64,000 nucleotides of DNA from Antedon mediterranea (lineage: Eukaryota; Animalia; Echinodermata), in NCBI RefSeq assembly GCF_964355755.1, contig NC_092677.1, forward strand, positions 10,872,101 to 10,936,100, given 5' to 3'. The stretch's first letter is position 1, and each line of letters starts with the position of its first letter. The position numbers and the translations under genes are program-made. A model generated the notes under the pieces. It made no database searches and was not told the origin of the DNA. It saw only the letters and a program-made list of their open reading frames with translations. Shown here in pieces: positions 26,750 through 39,800 of the stretch.

Positions 26750-26793
26750 TTAGCAGAGCTTTCGCGCAACACTAGCCCTTCATCAGTGCAAGT
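26750..26793 (-). ncRNA. Minimal type-I hammerhead ribozyme motif (left arm)
   Basis: Minus strand: ttgca-CTGATGA-a-gggc-tagtgtt-gcgc-GAAA-gc-TC-tgctaa. The core is intact and stem II has one mismatch. Confidence 0.7.
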
Positions 26794-27399
26794 CTTATAT
26801 AGATGCGTTGAGGCTGCAAACGTGCTCAATTGGAATCAAGAGCGAATATATATTTTTATAAAGTAGATGGAACACGGACGTCTACTACACGGTGTTTCAC
26901 GTTAAACGATCTTCAGATAGACTGAACAATACCGTATCTCGATCGAAAAAAATATTTAAAAAAAAAATTATAAATATATATAATTTTTTTTTATGTACTT
27001 TATTTATGTAGATATGTAGTACTGTATCTATTAAAAAAGGTATTTGAACAAAATTAGAGATCTCAATGAGATCCAAATTGACAATTGCCGCAAAATCCTC
27101 ACTGAGTTTGACGTTGAAATTCACTCTAGAACTAAGAAGTTGAAAAGAGAACTTCCTGCATCCTAGTTTCAAAACAAACTCAGGATTATCGCCAATGACT
27201 GCCGTAAACAATCAACGATAATGGCCCGAAGGGAACATCACAAATTTGGTCTACCATGCAGACTTGGTCATTTCAACACAAATGACTCTACCTTCGGATG
27301 ACTTCAGGGCTTTTAGGAAACCCTGCAGAAGGTTCGTTGGGACATATAACAAGAATCAGAGCAACACCTCTGATTCAGTTGTTGAAATTGTCGACTTTC

Positions 27400-28805
27400 C
27401 GAAGGAGAGAAAAAACTTCCTTCCCGAGGACTTAAATTCTGCCCAAAACCAAGGCAGGTCGGCGCACAACAACTATCTTTGGATATAGAGTCTTTTTCTA
27501 GAAGATTACGATTACGTGAATATTTTGCTGATTCAGACAGCAGCACCACGCAAAACGAAGGCAACGTTAACAAATTTAAACCAAAAAGTTCCTGGAATCC
27601 ACCTAAAAATCGTTGTCCAGCTTTAGAAACATTTATCCAGGCTATTGAGGAGGATGTACAAAACTACGTCCCGAGTCCAGATAAACGTGACAATCTCAAA
27701 ACAAGAGAGGCAGGCCATTGCCAAATTGCGTCAGCGTAATGATATCATCATTAAACCCGCTGATAAAGGTTCTGCCACTGTTGCTATGGACATCAAATTT
27801 TATTAAGAGGAATCCTTAAGACAGCTTCATTATATATCGTAAACTCACAACGGAACCCACCCCGGAAATTGCGGATAAGGTGGCAAAATCTGTTTCTGTG
27901 ATGGTAAAAAAAAACACTCCATCGATCCTAAGATTTACAGTTACCAAATCCACTAGTAGCGTTGATTTTGTGGACACTATAGTGACCATAGAAAATGGTA
28001 CTCTCAAAACTGACCTATTCCGTAAACCCACTGATAAAAATATGTACCTGCTCCCTAGCAGTTGTCATCCCCAACATTGTACTAAAAACATACCGAACAG
28101 TAAAGCATTACCTATCAGACGTATCTGTTCTTCAGATTTAGATTTTCAGAATCGTACCGAAGAACTAACCGGACATCTCCGGAATAGAAATTACAAACCT
28201 ATCAACCTAGGTTGCCTCCATTACGGGGCTATTAATTTATTGAGAAACATATGCCCATTCTACAGTCCACAGAACGTCTCAGGACTGTTTTTCCGGAACC
28301 ACCCATTATTGCATTTCGTAGACCTCCCAACCTTCGTGATATATTAGTCAGATCCAAATGTAAGAGTGAAATTAACTCTCATGACAGTCAAAATTTGGGC
28401 AGTCACCTTTGCGGCAAATCTTGCAAAACTTGTTCATTGGTTGATTCTACTGAAAAATTTAAGAGTAACCAAACTGGCCACATTTTTCGGATAAGACAAT
28501 CAATTAATTGTCTAACCAAAAACGTCATTTATCTCATATACTGTAATATTTGTGGCAAACAGTACGTCGGAGAAACCAAAAACACTCTCCGTATGAGAAT
28601 GACACAACACAGATCAGCTATCAACACATTAAAGCTTGTTCAACCTGTAGCCGAACATTTTAATTCATCTGGTCACTCGATAACAAATTTCAGAGTTATT
28701 GCAATATTCCATGTGTCAAATGGAGCGACAAAACTTGCAAAGACAAGGAAAACCACTGGGAATTACAACTTAAAACCACAAAACCTTTTGTACTTAACAT
28801 TAGAA
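27400..28805 (+). pseudogene. Penelope-like element (probably Neptune-type) ORF remnant: N-terminal region, RT thumb, Cys linker and GIY-YIG endonuclease; RT core deleted, with frameshifts and stops
   Basis: PLE motifs SRGLKFCP, FSRRLRLREYF, KPKSSWNPP, IIIKPADKGSA, VDFVD..TDLFRKPTDK..YL..SSCHP..IP..RRICS, CGKSCKTC and NVIYLIYCNICGKQYVGET..LRMRMTQH..VAEHFN..GH. No YxDD region is present. Confidence 0.9.
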
Positions 28806-28881
28806 ACATACTCCCAGGTTGGTAAAATTATTCCATTGTCTACCTAAATTTAAGTATCAATATTAACCACCATTTAAGCTG

Positions 28882-29006
28882 TTTTTAGTCGCGTGGACGC
28901 GACTCTATAGTTCACTATGTCGGCGGTCGGTCGGTCTGTCGGTCTGTCTGTCGGTCCGGTATCACTATGCGTTTTAGCACGCGACTTATGGCTGTTGGCC
29001 GTGTTT
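28882..29006 (+). mobile_element. Small Helentron-associated (DINE/HINE-like) element inserted 3' of the PLE ORF
   Basis: T-rich 5' end, subterminal AGTCGCGTG with adjacent inverted ACGCGACT, a (GTCG/GTCT)n microsatellite, then 3' CACGCGACT plus a short hairpin and a T run. Confidence 0.6.
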
Positions 29007-29152
29007 AGTTTCATTCCAAAATTGTTTATACTGTATCTCTACCAAGCTACCTTCTTTGTTTTCTACTCTTATTCAGACTCCACCCTGTCTCCTTTTGTTG
29101 TATTTCTTTTATTCCTGTCCACCCAGGCAGCACTTGCCAGCTCTTATCCTTC

Positions 29153-29196
29153 ACTTGCAATGATGAAGGGCTAGTGTTGCCCGAAAGCTCTGCTAA
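29153..29196 (+). ncRNA. Minimal type-I hammerhead ribozyme motif (right arm), with core C3 changed to A
   Basis: ttgca-aTGATGA-a-gggc-tagtgtt-gccc-GAAA-gc-TC-tgctaa. Stem II is perfect. The nominal cleavage site is after 29190. Confidence 0.65.
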
Positions 29197-31551
29197 CGTT
29201 TCTGGCTGTTTTACTTTAGCCTTTTGATTTAGCTTTTCACTTTTTTTTTGTATTTTTATTGAGATTCAGCCACTGATACCCACAGCATTGTCATTTTTTC
29301 AGTTATTTGCCTTTGGATTTATATATATAAATATATATAGAGGATTAAGATTATAATATACAGCATTTAAAATTACCAACTATTAATTAATCAAATCACT
29401 TTTGATTAAGTTACTACAATCCTGAATTTGATTAAGGTGATTACTAAGCTTTCTCTTAAAATAGGTTGCAAGAGTTACAGACGAATGTATCTTTGACATT
29501 CAAAGGCAAGGAATTCCAGATCCTCACAATTCTTAGCAGGAATGCTAAATTTACTCGAATCCGTACTTGTTTATATTTGGCTTATATAAGTTTGAAGTGA
29601 AACTCTTAAACTATTTTTCCCTTTAAAATGGTAATGGTCATTTTATCGTCATTGATGTGATATATTTTCAATTGTTTTGTGTTAGTTCGATTAAAGTTAA
29701 ACTTTATTCAATTAAATATGTTGTTTTGTGTGGTTTTTTTGTTGGTATCTACAATATCTAAGGATATACTTGGGGTAAATGGGGGAACTTTAGAGGGGTC
29801 TGCCAGTGCCAAGGCAGTGTACAGATAGTCTGTTATAGGTCATTTGATATTGCTTACAATGTGCTAAATCATAATTATAACATTGGTTGCTGGTGGTATC
29901 TACAATATCTAAGCTAGGCCAGTTGGGGGAATGGAGTCTCTAGTCGAACTTTAGAGGGTCTGCCAGGGCCAAGGCAGTGTACAGATAGTTTGTAATAGGT
30001 CATTTGGTGATTGCTTACAATGTGCTAAATCATATAACATTGGTTGCTGGTGGTATCTACAATATCTAAGCTGGGCTAGTTGGGGAAAGAGGGGTCTCTA
30101 GTCTAACTTTAGAGGGGTCTGCCAGGGCCAGGGCAGTGTTCAGATAGTCTGTAATTATAGGTCATTTGGTATTGCCTACATGTGCTAAATCATATAACAT
30201 TGGTTGCTGGTGGTATCTACAATATCTAAGCTGGGTTAGTTGGGGGAAGGGGGGCCTAACTTTAGGGTGTCTGGCACTTGCGGTGCAGCAGACAATTAGT
30301 CTGTTGTTATCCATTTAGTATTGTATGAACACAACTTGTTCGTTTGGAATTGATTTTGAGTGGTACCTCACTCATCTATGCTAACCCCATTTTAGGCCCT
30401 CCCTCGGGGGGTCTGGCGGGCCTTTTGCAGCAGAGAAAAAGTCTGTCGTTTGTGATACTGTTATAAGGATGCCAATGGGCATCCCATGGTGGTAAAATTA
30501 GGTGGTATCTCTCTCATCTAACCTGTGCCGATTTTTTAGCACGTTTCGGGGTCCCCCCGGTCTAGACGCAGCAGGGGGTACCCGGCAGACTCCCATTTTC
30601 ATTCACTTCAAGTGACCCCCAACACACTCAAATAGTCAGATATTGGTACCTAGCTCATCTAACCAAATGTCTCTGGGCTGCCGGTCTATTTGTATTGTAA
30701 CAATTAGGACGTTGGATGTATGTATTATCAATAATCATGTAATAATCAAGAATTTCCATTTTGTTGGAAATTCTGCCGCACGAAGCGTAAAATTATTCTA
30801 ATGACTTGGTGTAATTAACAATCTATACTACGTACGTACCAAAGAACTTCTGAGTTCTTTTGGTACGTACGTCGTACCACCAGTATTATAGTTGGTTACG
30901 TCATTTCTATATTAAAGAAATTGGAAAATCCGATGGAGCGACGCGTTATAATAATTCATTTTTGCGTTTTGTGTAATATGTAACGAACTAACTAACAAAT
31001 TGTTCTAAGTTAAATATGACGCGTTTGATGTTGAAACGCAGTTTCCAACGCACATGATGCCAAGGGGATTCCTGAACAGGTATTTACAGAGAGAAGAAGA
31101 GTGATAACATAAAAGAAGAAGCTGGAAGAAAATGTTTAGTGAAAATTAACTGTACATTTGAAAGTGTAATCGACAACGTAGGCCTAGATATGTACACATT
31201 GACAAATTCATAGGTAAACCATGTGGTTTAATTTGATTCCTGTGTTAGTTTATAGTATAATACTATAGAGACTAGGCCAAGGCTAGTCTAGGCCTAGCTT
31301 AGCTAGCTAGGCTACCCGGATTCACCTTAGCTAGGCTCTAGACCGCGCCTCCTCATCATTATGTTATCTACCTAGACCTACGCAAGAAAGAAAGAAAGAT
31401 ATGTATGGCCTGGCCTGGTGGGCGGGTATTGGAAGGTTTTTTGGCGCGCGGGTGAGCAGCTAGCCAAACCTATATGACCTGCCTGTTATAATAATAATAT
31501 ATTACTATACTATAACTAGGCCTACTACACTACTAGGCCTAACCTAATTAA

Positions 31552-33124
31552 AGGGGGGTTCCGGGTTTAAAATGAATAGTAAAAAATGTAAAATATATTT
31601 GTTTGTCTCTTGAACGGTAAAAGTTTCAATTTATATAAGCGCCCAGTGAAGCAGAACGAAGGCTGTGAAATCAGGCCAGATTACAAGTGCAGCTACGGCA
31701 AAATCACACTGTGGTTACAAAATAGGAAATTCGTGAAATGGTCCATCTTCCGACGACTCGTTATCAAAAACCATATCAATTACTTTTGTAAAATTATACT
31801 TATCTCATGTAATTTTAGTCGGTCTTCCCATTTATAAAGTCAATTTTTTATGAAAATTCATCAAAACAGTGAAAAATTAGATATGTTTGCACTTTACGTT
31901 TGCCGATTTTCGCACCGACTTAGGGAAAAATCAAAATCAATGAAGCGTAACGTATACTGTACATTCCTGCTGAGGATCGAGCGAGACGAAAATACACGTG
32001 CTCTCTCTGCTGCCCATGCCTGGCATCGTCACGTGATAAGCAGATACAACAATACCAAACTGGTCGGGTCGAGTATACCCCGTCTATAATCACAACATGA
32101 ACGATGTACAGTATTTGATTGAAGGTCGACTTGACCTACCGGATTGGTATAGATAATATAGCTCGAATGAGAGAGTTGGAATATTTGTGTAGTGCAGCCT
32201 ATAGTAAAAGGCCTGGTAGTATCAATTCGCATAGGGTCTACTACACTAGCTAGCTCAATTTTTAACTGGGCCGGATCGGCTAGGTCTCCTTCCTACTACC
32301 TGGTCTACTTGCTTGATGCATGAGTATCCGCTTTTTTGGAGAGTAAACTAAGCCTATTTTATTTTAGGCCTACTTAGACGATCGGGACACCATACGTGTG
32401 GACGGCGATCGGACCTTGTTTTGCTTCAATATTTACAGCCGATTTTGTAGAACGTTTTAGGTTTAGATTGTTTAGGAGTTTGGTTGATAGGATGGGTTTT
32501 GTTATTTATGGGCCAATCGTCTAGTAGTAGGCTAGCTAGGCCCATGGGCCCCATTGTTTTAACGTAGCCATCGTGGCATGGAATCCCTAGTCAGAATGGC
32601 TCTCGCCCATATTATTATTAGGCTAGGCCTAGAGTAGTGTTGTACGTGAAGCCGATAATACGATCTGTACTATAGAGGTATAAAAATAGTATAATTTATG
32701 ACTCCGTATCTGTACTAAATTTTGTATTTCATTAAATGTCAAATAAATATATGCTACTACTGTTATTATTACACTTTAGGCCTAGCTTAGAAAATCTACA
32801 AAAAATGTATTTCACAATGATCGGGTGGTCGTCGTTTGACAGGGGAGAGAGATGTAAATTAGTTGACAAACACAACGTACATGACGTCGCGAGTTTGGAA
32901 TCCACTGGTGACGTGATCTTGTGAATATCTCATGAACATTAATGAGCTTCCCTAAGCTGCTGAAAAACAGACTTTCCATGAATTTACCCTAAAATGTATA
33001 TGAAATTAAATTTTTTTAATTTCTCGTTAATACTTCTTCATTCTGACATGTCTATATTGTTATAATATTTTTTATTTAATAAATAAACGATATTTAAAAC
33101 CAATTTTAAACCCAGAATCCCCCT
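31552..33124. mobile_element. Non-autonomous DNA transposon, Kolobok-like, in the putative first (5'UTR) intron of the CYLD-like gene
   Basis: TTAA flanks at 31548-31551 and 33125-33128. TIR AGGGGGGTTCCGGGTTTAAAAT / ATTTTAAACCCAGAATCCCCCT. No transposase ORF was seen. Confidence 0.75.
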
Positions 33125-33882
33125 TTAATACTGTAACTATCTCCTTTTGAAATGATAAAGATGAGGAAAATCAATAAATGAATATAATATTAATAAATAA
33201 TAGGCCTATTATTAATAAACAAGCACACTGGACTTGTGACAATGACCTCATATGTAAACTATTACAAAATATGAGCTGTAGGTAGTTGTTTTTAGGCTAT
33301 ACAGTATTACTGTACTGCTCCTGTAAACTTACTTGATTACCACGCCTACTGTACAGCAGCTTACCTTTAAGGATTATTTGATGGTATATATGAATAATTG
33401 TATTTCTAAAAGCGTTTAAAGGCATCAAGATTTGTGATTAGTAACAATTTGGAGTATTAACATTTTTATTTTCACCAATAATCAATCGGAAAGCGATGAA
33501 TTAGGTTATAAAATAATAATTAATGTTCAGTTTTCTTTAGTTGAAATATTTTCAACAAATGAAAATATTAACCCCATTCAACTTTTCTAAAGTAAGTAAA
33601 TTTTAAATCAGTTTAACCACTGCTTCTATCAAAGGCTAACCTAACAAGTTGGTAGAACAGAAATGGTGCACAAATCATTCACAAACTTAAAAAAAAATCA
33701 TGAGGATGGAAGATTGTTAGAATTTAGAGAAGTAATATGAGGCACATAATTAATTTAAATATTGTATTAATATTGAAATCAACTTCCAATCAAAAGTTAA
33801 GGAACTTGCAATGTATTTGTGTGTAATGTGAATTTGTTTTTATTCATTTTTTAGATGTAATTCAGATAACTACTTTTCCAGC

Positions 33883-36800
33883 ATGGCCACCTCTAGTAAT
33901 ACTTACTTTATAGTTATTGAAGACTTTGAAGTGGATAATGGTGTAAACAAAGGAAAGAAGATTGTTAAAGGAACTCTTTTGAAGTGTTTAAATGAAAATA
34001 TCAATAAACGTTCTTTGTATATGGTAACAGTGGATACAAATGGAATTTCTTTTGGTTTTCTGAGAAACCCGCATACAGTTAAAGAGATAAAATCAGAATA
34101 TGTGGATTATTTACTTGGGATACCTCTTATGAGAAGAATTGAGGCTTTTAAGGAAGGCTTCAGGCTCCTCAGAGCTGTGGAAGCAAAAGTTGGAGAAACT
34201 GTCAAAGTTCCTATCTTAATAGACCATAGAGAGTGTTTTGCAGACGCTATTATTCAATCCAAAGACAAAATTGATGATGAGAGAGGTCGTTTATTTGGTG
34301 TTGAACTACTTGTAAGTTTTAAACTTATATTAATAATAATAATTGGTTATCCGCACTTGGCGGATAACCCCTTGTTATTGTCACAATCTTTTTTTTTTTC
34401 TATATTCTTCTTTCTTGCCACGAATTTTGATTGCAGCATATCTCTATTTCTGGCCAAATTTCTGGCTCCAATAATGTAGTTTCATTTTTTACCCTTAATA
34501 AAGTTTCCTCGTGCGTGCAGTGCGTTAGTAGAGTAAACAAAATAACATTCGGGAAATGGTAGAGTCTAACGGAGATTTAGCTAAACAAACACGTGCATTT
34601 ATTGCGGACTATATAAACAGCAAGGCCGGCCGCCGGCTTCGGTGTTGTTGGGTAATAAATAATCGAGCCGGGATGGTATAAATTTTTCCCCCGACAGAAA
34701 CGTTTTTCCCTGTGCTTTGGCCTATATTATCTGCACGTTCAACAACGATACGAGTGTTCGTTTGCTAGAAATATTTTTAGCATATACGACGTACCGTCGT
34801 ACATAATTTTGTAGGCCTAGGCCTGCGCTAACTGCACTTTCGCACCTCTTGAGCATACCCAATCTAAAAACATTCACCCGCTGCACGGCGGTGACGGTGG
34901 GTGACTGTAAAAGTCTTAGGACACGATTTTCGCGTTGTACGGAAGCCACCAGCCAAGCGTAAAAAACAAAAATAACATAGCCTTCAGGGGATTTCTGAAA
35001 ACTGTAGAACTTATTAACTTGATAACTGTATGAATGCTGTACGATTAAAAACAATTTGAACAATTGTTTTGATCATATAAAATACAACAACAATTATTTT
35101 TTTTAATCATACAGTGATTTAGGCATGGCTCTCTCTCCCCAAATGCCTTACAAAAACGTTCAGGGAACAGTGTATAGACCTATTGACATAGATAAATTAA
35201 CTAAAATGTTTTTACCATTATATATCAACAATTTTTAATTTTGGCTAATGACCGATTCATTTGGCTAAATAAAAAAATTGGACTTGATTAGATAAACTGA
35301 TTTGACTAAAAAAAATATTTTGACTTTCGCCAAATGTTAGTGCTACCCCAGTGACGTCATCGTATGGCCACTCGAATATAAAATATAGGATTTTTTTCTC
35401 TTTCGTCATAGCTCATCACATTTAATGTAGCGCATCTCCACTTATCCGTATTCCATTTTTCCCTATATTTTGATATTGTTTAGGTCAATCAATTATCATT
35501 CACACCATTTACCATCAAAAGCATGAAACACTTCATCATTACAGTATATCAATATGATTGTTATAGGTTCTCAGATTGAAAAGTGATACTCATGATTAAA
35601 ACATTTTCTGGAAGCTGTAGAATTGTAGATACGAATTTTGCGCATCGGATGTTGGGAAGTCATCATGGCCAGTTGAATTATAAAAGTCGAATTTGCATAT
35701 TTTGCGTCATAAATAAGCGGGCATTCATATTCTACATATCCAAATTTCTTCAACACGTTAATATGTTGTTGCTCAGATAATTTTTTTCCAAAATTGCTAT
35801 CTACGTGTTTCATTTTGATGATGTCATCATGTTACAAATTGGATTAAAAGGTACCGAGATCGAGTCTCACCTTGGGAAATGAAAAAAGATTTTTTTTTAT
35901 TATCCGTATTGTGTGTTCAATGTTATTTCTTAGTGCATAGATTATAATTATTATATACATGATTTATAATGAAATCTAGATAAAAAGTAACTTATGTCTT
36001 TATTATGTAACAAATGTGGTTTATGACATTATACGAATTGTGATACCGGCTATTGTATTTACATTAGCAAGATCCTACCATATATTATTAAATAATTAAA
36101 TTCTGAGAAAATCAATCAATCAATATATCTTTAAAAAATCAATTACCGTACTGACGCGGGTATAAGCCCATACTCGGGTATAAGCCCACCCCCGACTTTT
36201 GACTAATTTTTATGAAAAATGAGGCACTCGGGTATAAGCCCACCCATTAATTCGAAGATCTAGTGTGTGTCATAATACATATTTTTGTATTTGGCGATGT
36301 CCATACACCGAATACACCTACCTACCTTTGATCATAACCAAGCTAGGCTAATATACGCTAGGCCATATGAGGCCTAACGGTCCTGTTTTGTTTACACTCC
36401 ATCGCGGTCGAAGATCGCTTCACACACGACGCTACATACAAGTCGCCAAAACGGAAAACCACTATTTGGTATCGGCTGCCATAAACAAGCTTATTAAATT
36501 TCTTTGGTACATTTCTATTTAACGAACATTGTATACTTGCTTTTCTGCTTGATAAATTCTTGTTCAATTGATGTTTAAAATAAGATATTCTACGATAAAT
36601 TACACGAACTGTAAGCTTAATTTTCCGACACTCTACACCTCGTGTATTTAGAGGCAACGTCGTACACGTGAGGGCGCTCGCATGGTGGAAATACACAGTG
36701 TGCATGTGCTGTTTTGACGATCTGCATTTTTGGATCCTCGGGTATAAGCCCACCCCTCAAACTTGACGTGATTTCATGTTCGAGGGGAGTGGGCTTATAC

Positions 36801-39800
36801 CCGCGTCAGTACGGTATCTTTATTTAAATCGATGCATAACCTATAGTTCGTCATAGTGACAAATTAAATCTAGTTTAACTAGAAAAAAATTTCTTAATGT
36901 AGTATTGTAACTTTTATTATTTTTGTTTTTTTTTGTCATTTTATTTTATTTCAGAAAAGTACATTTATAAGTATAGCAATATGCTCATTCTCCCACCACC
37001 ATTTTTTTAGTTTTTGTTTTTCAATACATCTTTTTTTTTCTATAGTCCGATAAAGGTTGTGGTTCAACTGATGGATGGTTTTGGGATAAATATTACTTCA
37101 AGTGTGAGAAGGATTGCGGGTTGTTTGTGCCTTTTGACAAATTGATATTTGATTCATCAAATTATGTAAAGAATATCATTGATACTTTCAAACCTGGAAC
37201 AAAGGTCACTTGCTTCACTAATGAGACAAGAGATAAATGGATAAAAGGTGTGGTGAAGAAACTGTTCCCACATCAACAACCAATTTTTGCTGCAGTTGAA
37301 TTTGTAAGTCTGCCTTTGCTTTGAGAATTCAAATCTCTTAAGCAATCTCTCAAATAGTTTTCTTAGATTTTTTTAGATGGAGATGGATAATTAGGGATAA
37401 AAGAATTACAGTAGTTTAGATTAAAAAACACTGTATCTTTGCCATTTAATTTTTTAATTACACATCACATGCCATGACATCTGATTGGTTTAGAAAGAAA
37501 GGCTTTTTTTTTTTAAATTTGATTGCTTTGTACTTTTTTTAAGGATGGTTATGTAAAAGAACTCAATTATACTGGACAGTTCGGCAGTCAGTTATTTTTC
37601 GAACCTATGGAGAACGTAGCACTTCTGGAAGTTAGTTATATGAAACCATCTTCTCTTTTTGAAGGTATGAATTTATAAAGTTACTATTGTTTCATGGTCC
37701 ACTGACTTAATCTATAGTTCCAGTGTTACAATGAGGTGGGAAAGTATTAGTTCATATGGGGTACAGCATATTACCAACATTGTAAAAATCATCATTATTG
37801 TGTGTGGGGATGTGTGCAACATACATATTTATTGTCACAATAAGCACATTAAATCAAGAATAGAAAAAATTGACGACTGAAGGACAAAATGAGATAATAA
37901 AGTCTTGATTTATTTTGCTTATTCGCCCCTTTGAAAGTTAGTCTCTAACTTATGGCTGAAACTTCTTATGGTGATTGTTTCAGTGTTCCTGCAGGTTTTA
38001 CTTAAATTGGTTTACTGAATACTAGAATAAAGGCAAATCAAGGTAAAATTCTGTAAAAAATGTAAACCATTGTTCAGCAATATAGTTTGTTTTTGGTATA
38101 AGCATATAATTAATATTGGAATGGAGTTGTGACTTGGTGGTTATAATGCTTGGCTACCAATCCTGGGTTCAAGTCCTGTCATATGTCAGGATTTTTCTAA
38201 TGACAAACTCCACTCCCAAAAACTTGTAATAAGACTTTGTTTATGTAGAGCATCTTATGTATATGTTAGTCTTGTAAATGGGATTACAACCTTAAAAAAG
38301 GATAGTGAATGAATTTAATTATTAATAATAAATTGTTAATTATTAATTGTACTTTCATCATATCCAGAACTTATTACACATGTGTATACAGCATTATATA
38401 ATAATAATTAATACACATATTAAAGGGACACAGGATCAATGTAGACACCCTTTATTTGGACCTAATGGTGACCTCAGTCTTACTGTATATCTATATATAA
38501 ATTTACGTAAGGGCAAAATTCGGTAAATCGCACGTTATTTCTAGAATGTTTCCTCGATGGTATATAAAGTTGGTTTGAATCTCGGTACTGATTTTAACCA
38601 CCTGATGTAACCCTGTTTACGAATTAAATTGAGTTAGATAATTAGTTATTGACAATTAAAACGAATTTAGGTTTAACAATTTGCCCCAAATAGGGGTGTT
38701 TTCTGATCGTGGTATAAACTGTCTAATGGATGTCCTCTTGAAAAATACCTGCACACAATAATACGAGGATGCTTCGCATTTTCCTATCTCCTCCTACGAT
38801 AATTTTTTTTTTAATAGCTGAAAACCGGTTGAACAGCTCGAGTACAGTATACAGTATATGTTGAAGACAGGCTGATTTTCTTTAAAAAAAATACTGATTT
38901 GATAGATTTAATATATGTTTATACAAATGTATTGACTTGCGATGAATGGAACATTCCAATCTCTCAGACTTCCAGTTTGTACAGGGCTGCAAATTAAGGG
39001 GTATTTGGTCGCATTTGCGACCTACTTTTTCTGTTTGCGACTAAAGAAACAGAATAGGTCGCGCATAGCGCGACAAGATCGTCTGCTTGTGCGAGTTGTT
39101 TCAAATTGAAGTCGGGTGTGTTTTCCCTATTTCAAACACTGTGTAATTTAATCTCTCTACTATACTACGGAAGGCTCAGGAGTTGCAACTAGTCACCGCC
39201 GCCGCAAAGGAGTCAGGTTCATTCAAGCGTACAAAGCCCCAAACATTTTACACTCGTTGTGATTGGAAGTTCGTCCATTTATTGCATGCTGCCTTACCCA
39301 ATCACACAAAAGAACACCAAACACACAGCACAGTGTGACGCGCGGACGACACAAACCTCGTGGAAAATCACCTCCGTTTTAAAGAAGGAATATAAAATCA
39401 ATTGTACCGCCGTACACAGAAGTTAGCCAGGGCGGGCGGCGGCGGTAGATACAAAGGATTGTCGCCGCGCAGTCATCAGCATTTTTTAGGCAGTATGTAA
39501 TTAATGATATATATAATAATATCTATTCATTATATAGATTAAACAGCAGTATTGTTTATCAGTAGATTTAATACTTTATTCCAGATTCTGATTATCGAAA
39601 ATTATATATCAGAGAAAATACCGCAACTTTTCCTACGAAGTAGCTTCGTAGATAAAACAGGCTACGTTGTTGGCTTTGTAGGTTACATTGTTTGGCTTCG
39701 TTAGTAACCTAAATAAACAACCTCACGATGTTCTTAGTAAGTAACAAGAAGGTGTGAAAATTATTATTTAATGTGTTATTTTTGACTGGCGGAGGAGGAC

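Larger units (their letters stand above)
25258..30688. mobile_element. 5.4-kb foldback composite element: inverted arms 25258-26793 and 29153-30688 enclosing a Penelope-like element
   Basis: The termini TAGACCGGCAGCCCAGAGACATTTGG.../...CCAAATGTCTCTGGGCTGCCGGTCTA are exact reverse complements, with TTT on both flanks (or a TA duplication if the ends are drawn 2 nt inward). Each arm holds ~3.3 copies of a ~157-bp subrepeat. Confidence 0.9.

Noticed and set aside
27880-28847. Active retrotransposon or domesticated GIY-YIG gene
   Set aside because: It has in-frame stops, frameshifts and no RT catalytic region, and there is no splice or promoter evidence for a host gene.
30826-30872. Palindrome acgtacgtaccaaagaac..gttcttttggtacgtacgt upstream of the CYLD-like gene as a regulatory RNA or terminator
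   Set aside because: Short palindromes of this kind (also ~9781-9808 and ~17019-17042) are frequent here and most likely MITE remnants. Nothing else supports a function.
34722-36753. ORFs 34722-35063, 35571-35813 and 36358-36753 as transposase or nested genes
   Set aside because: They have no recognisable motifs and lie inside non-autonomous repeats.
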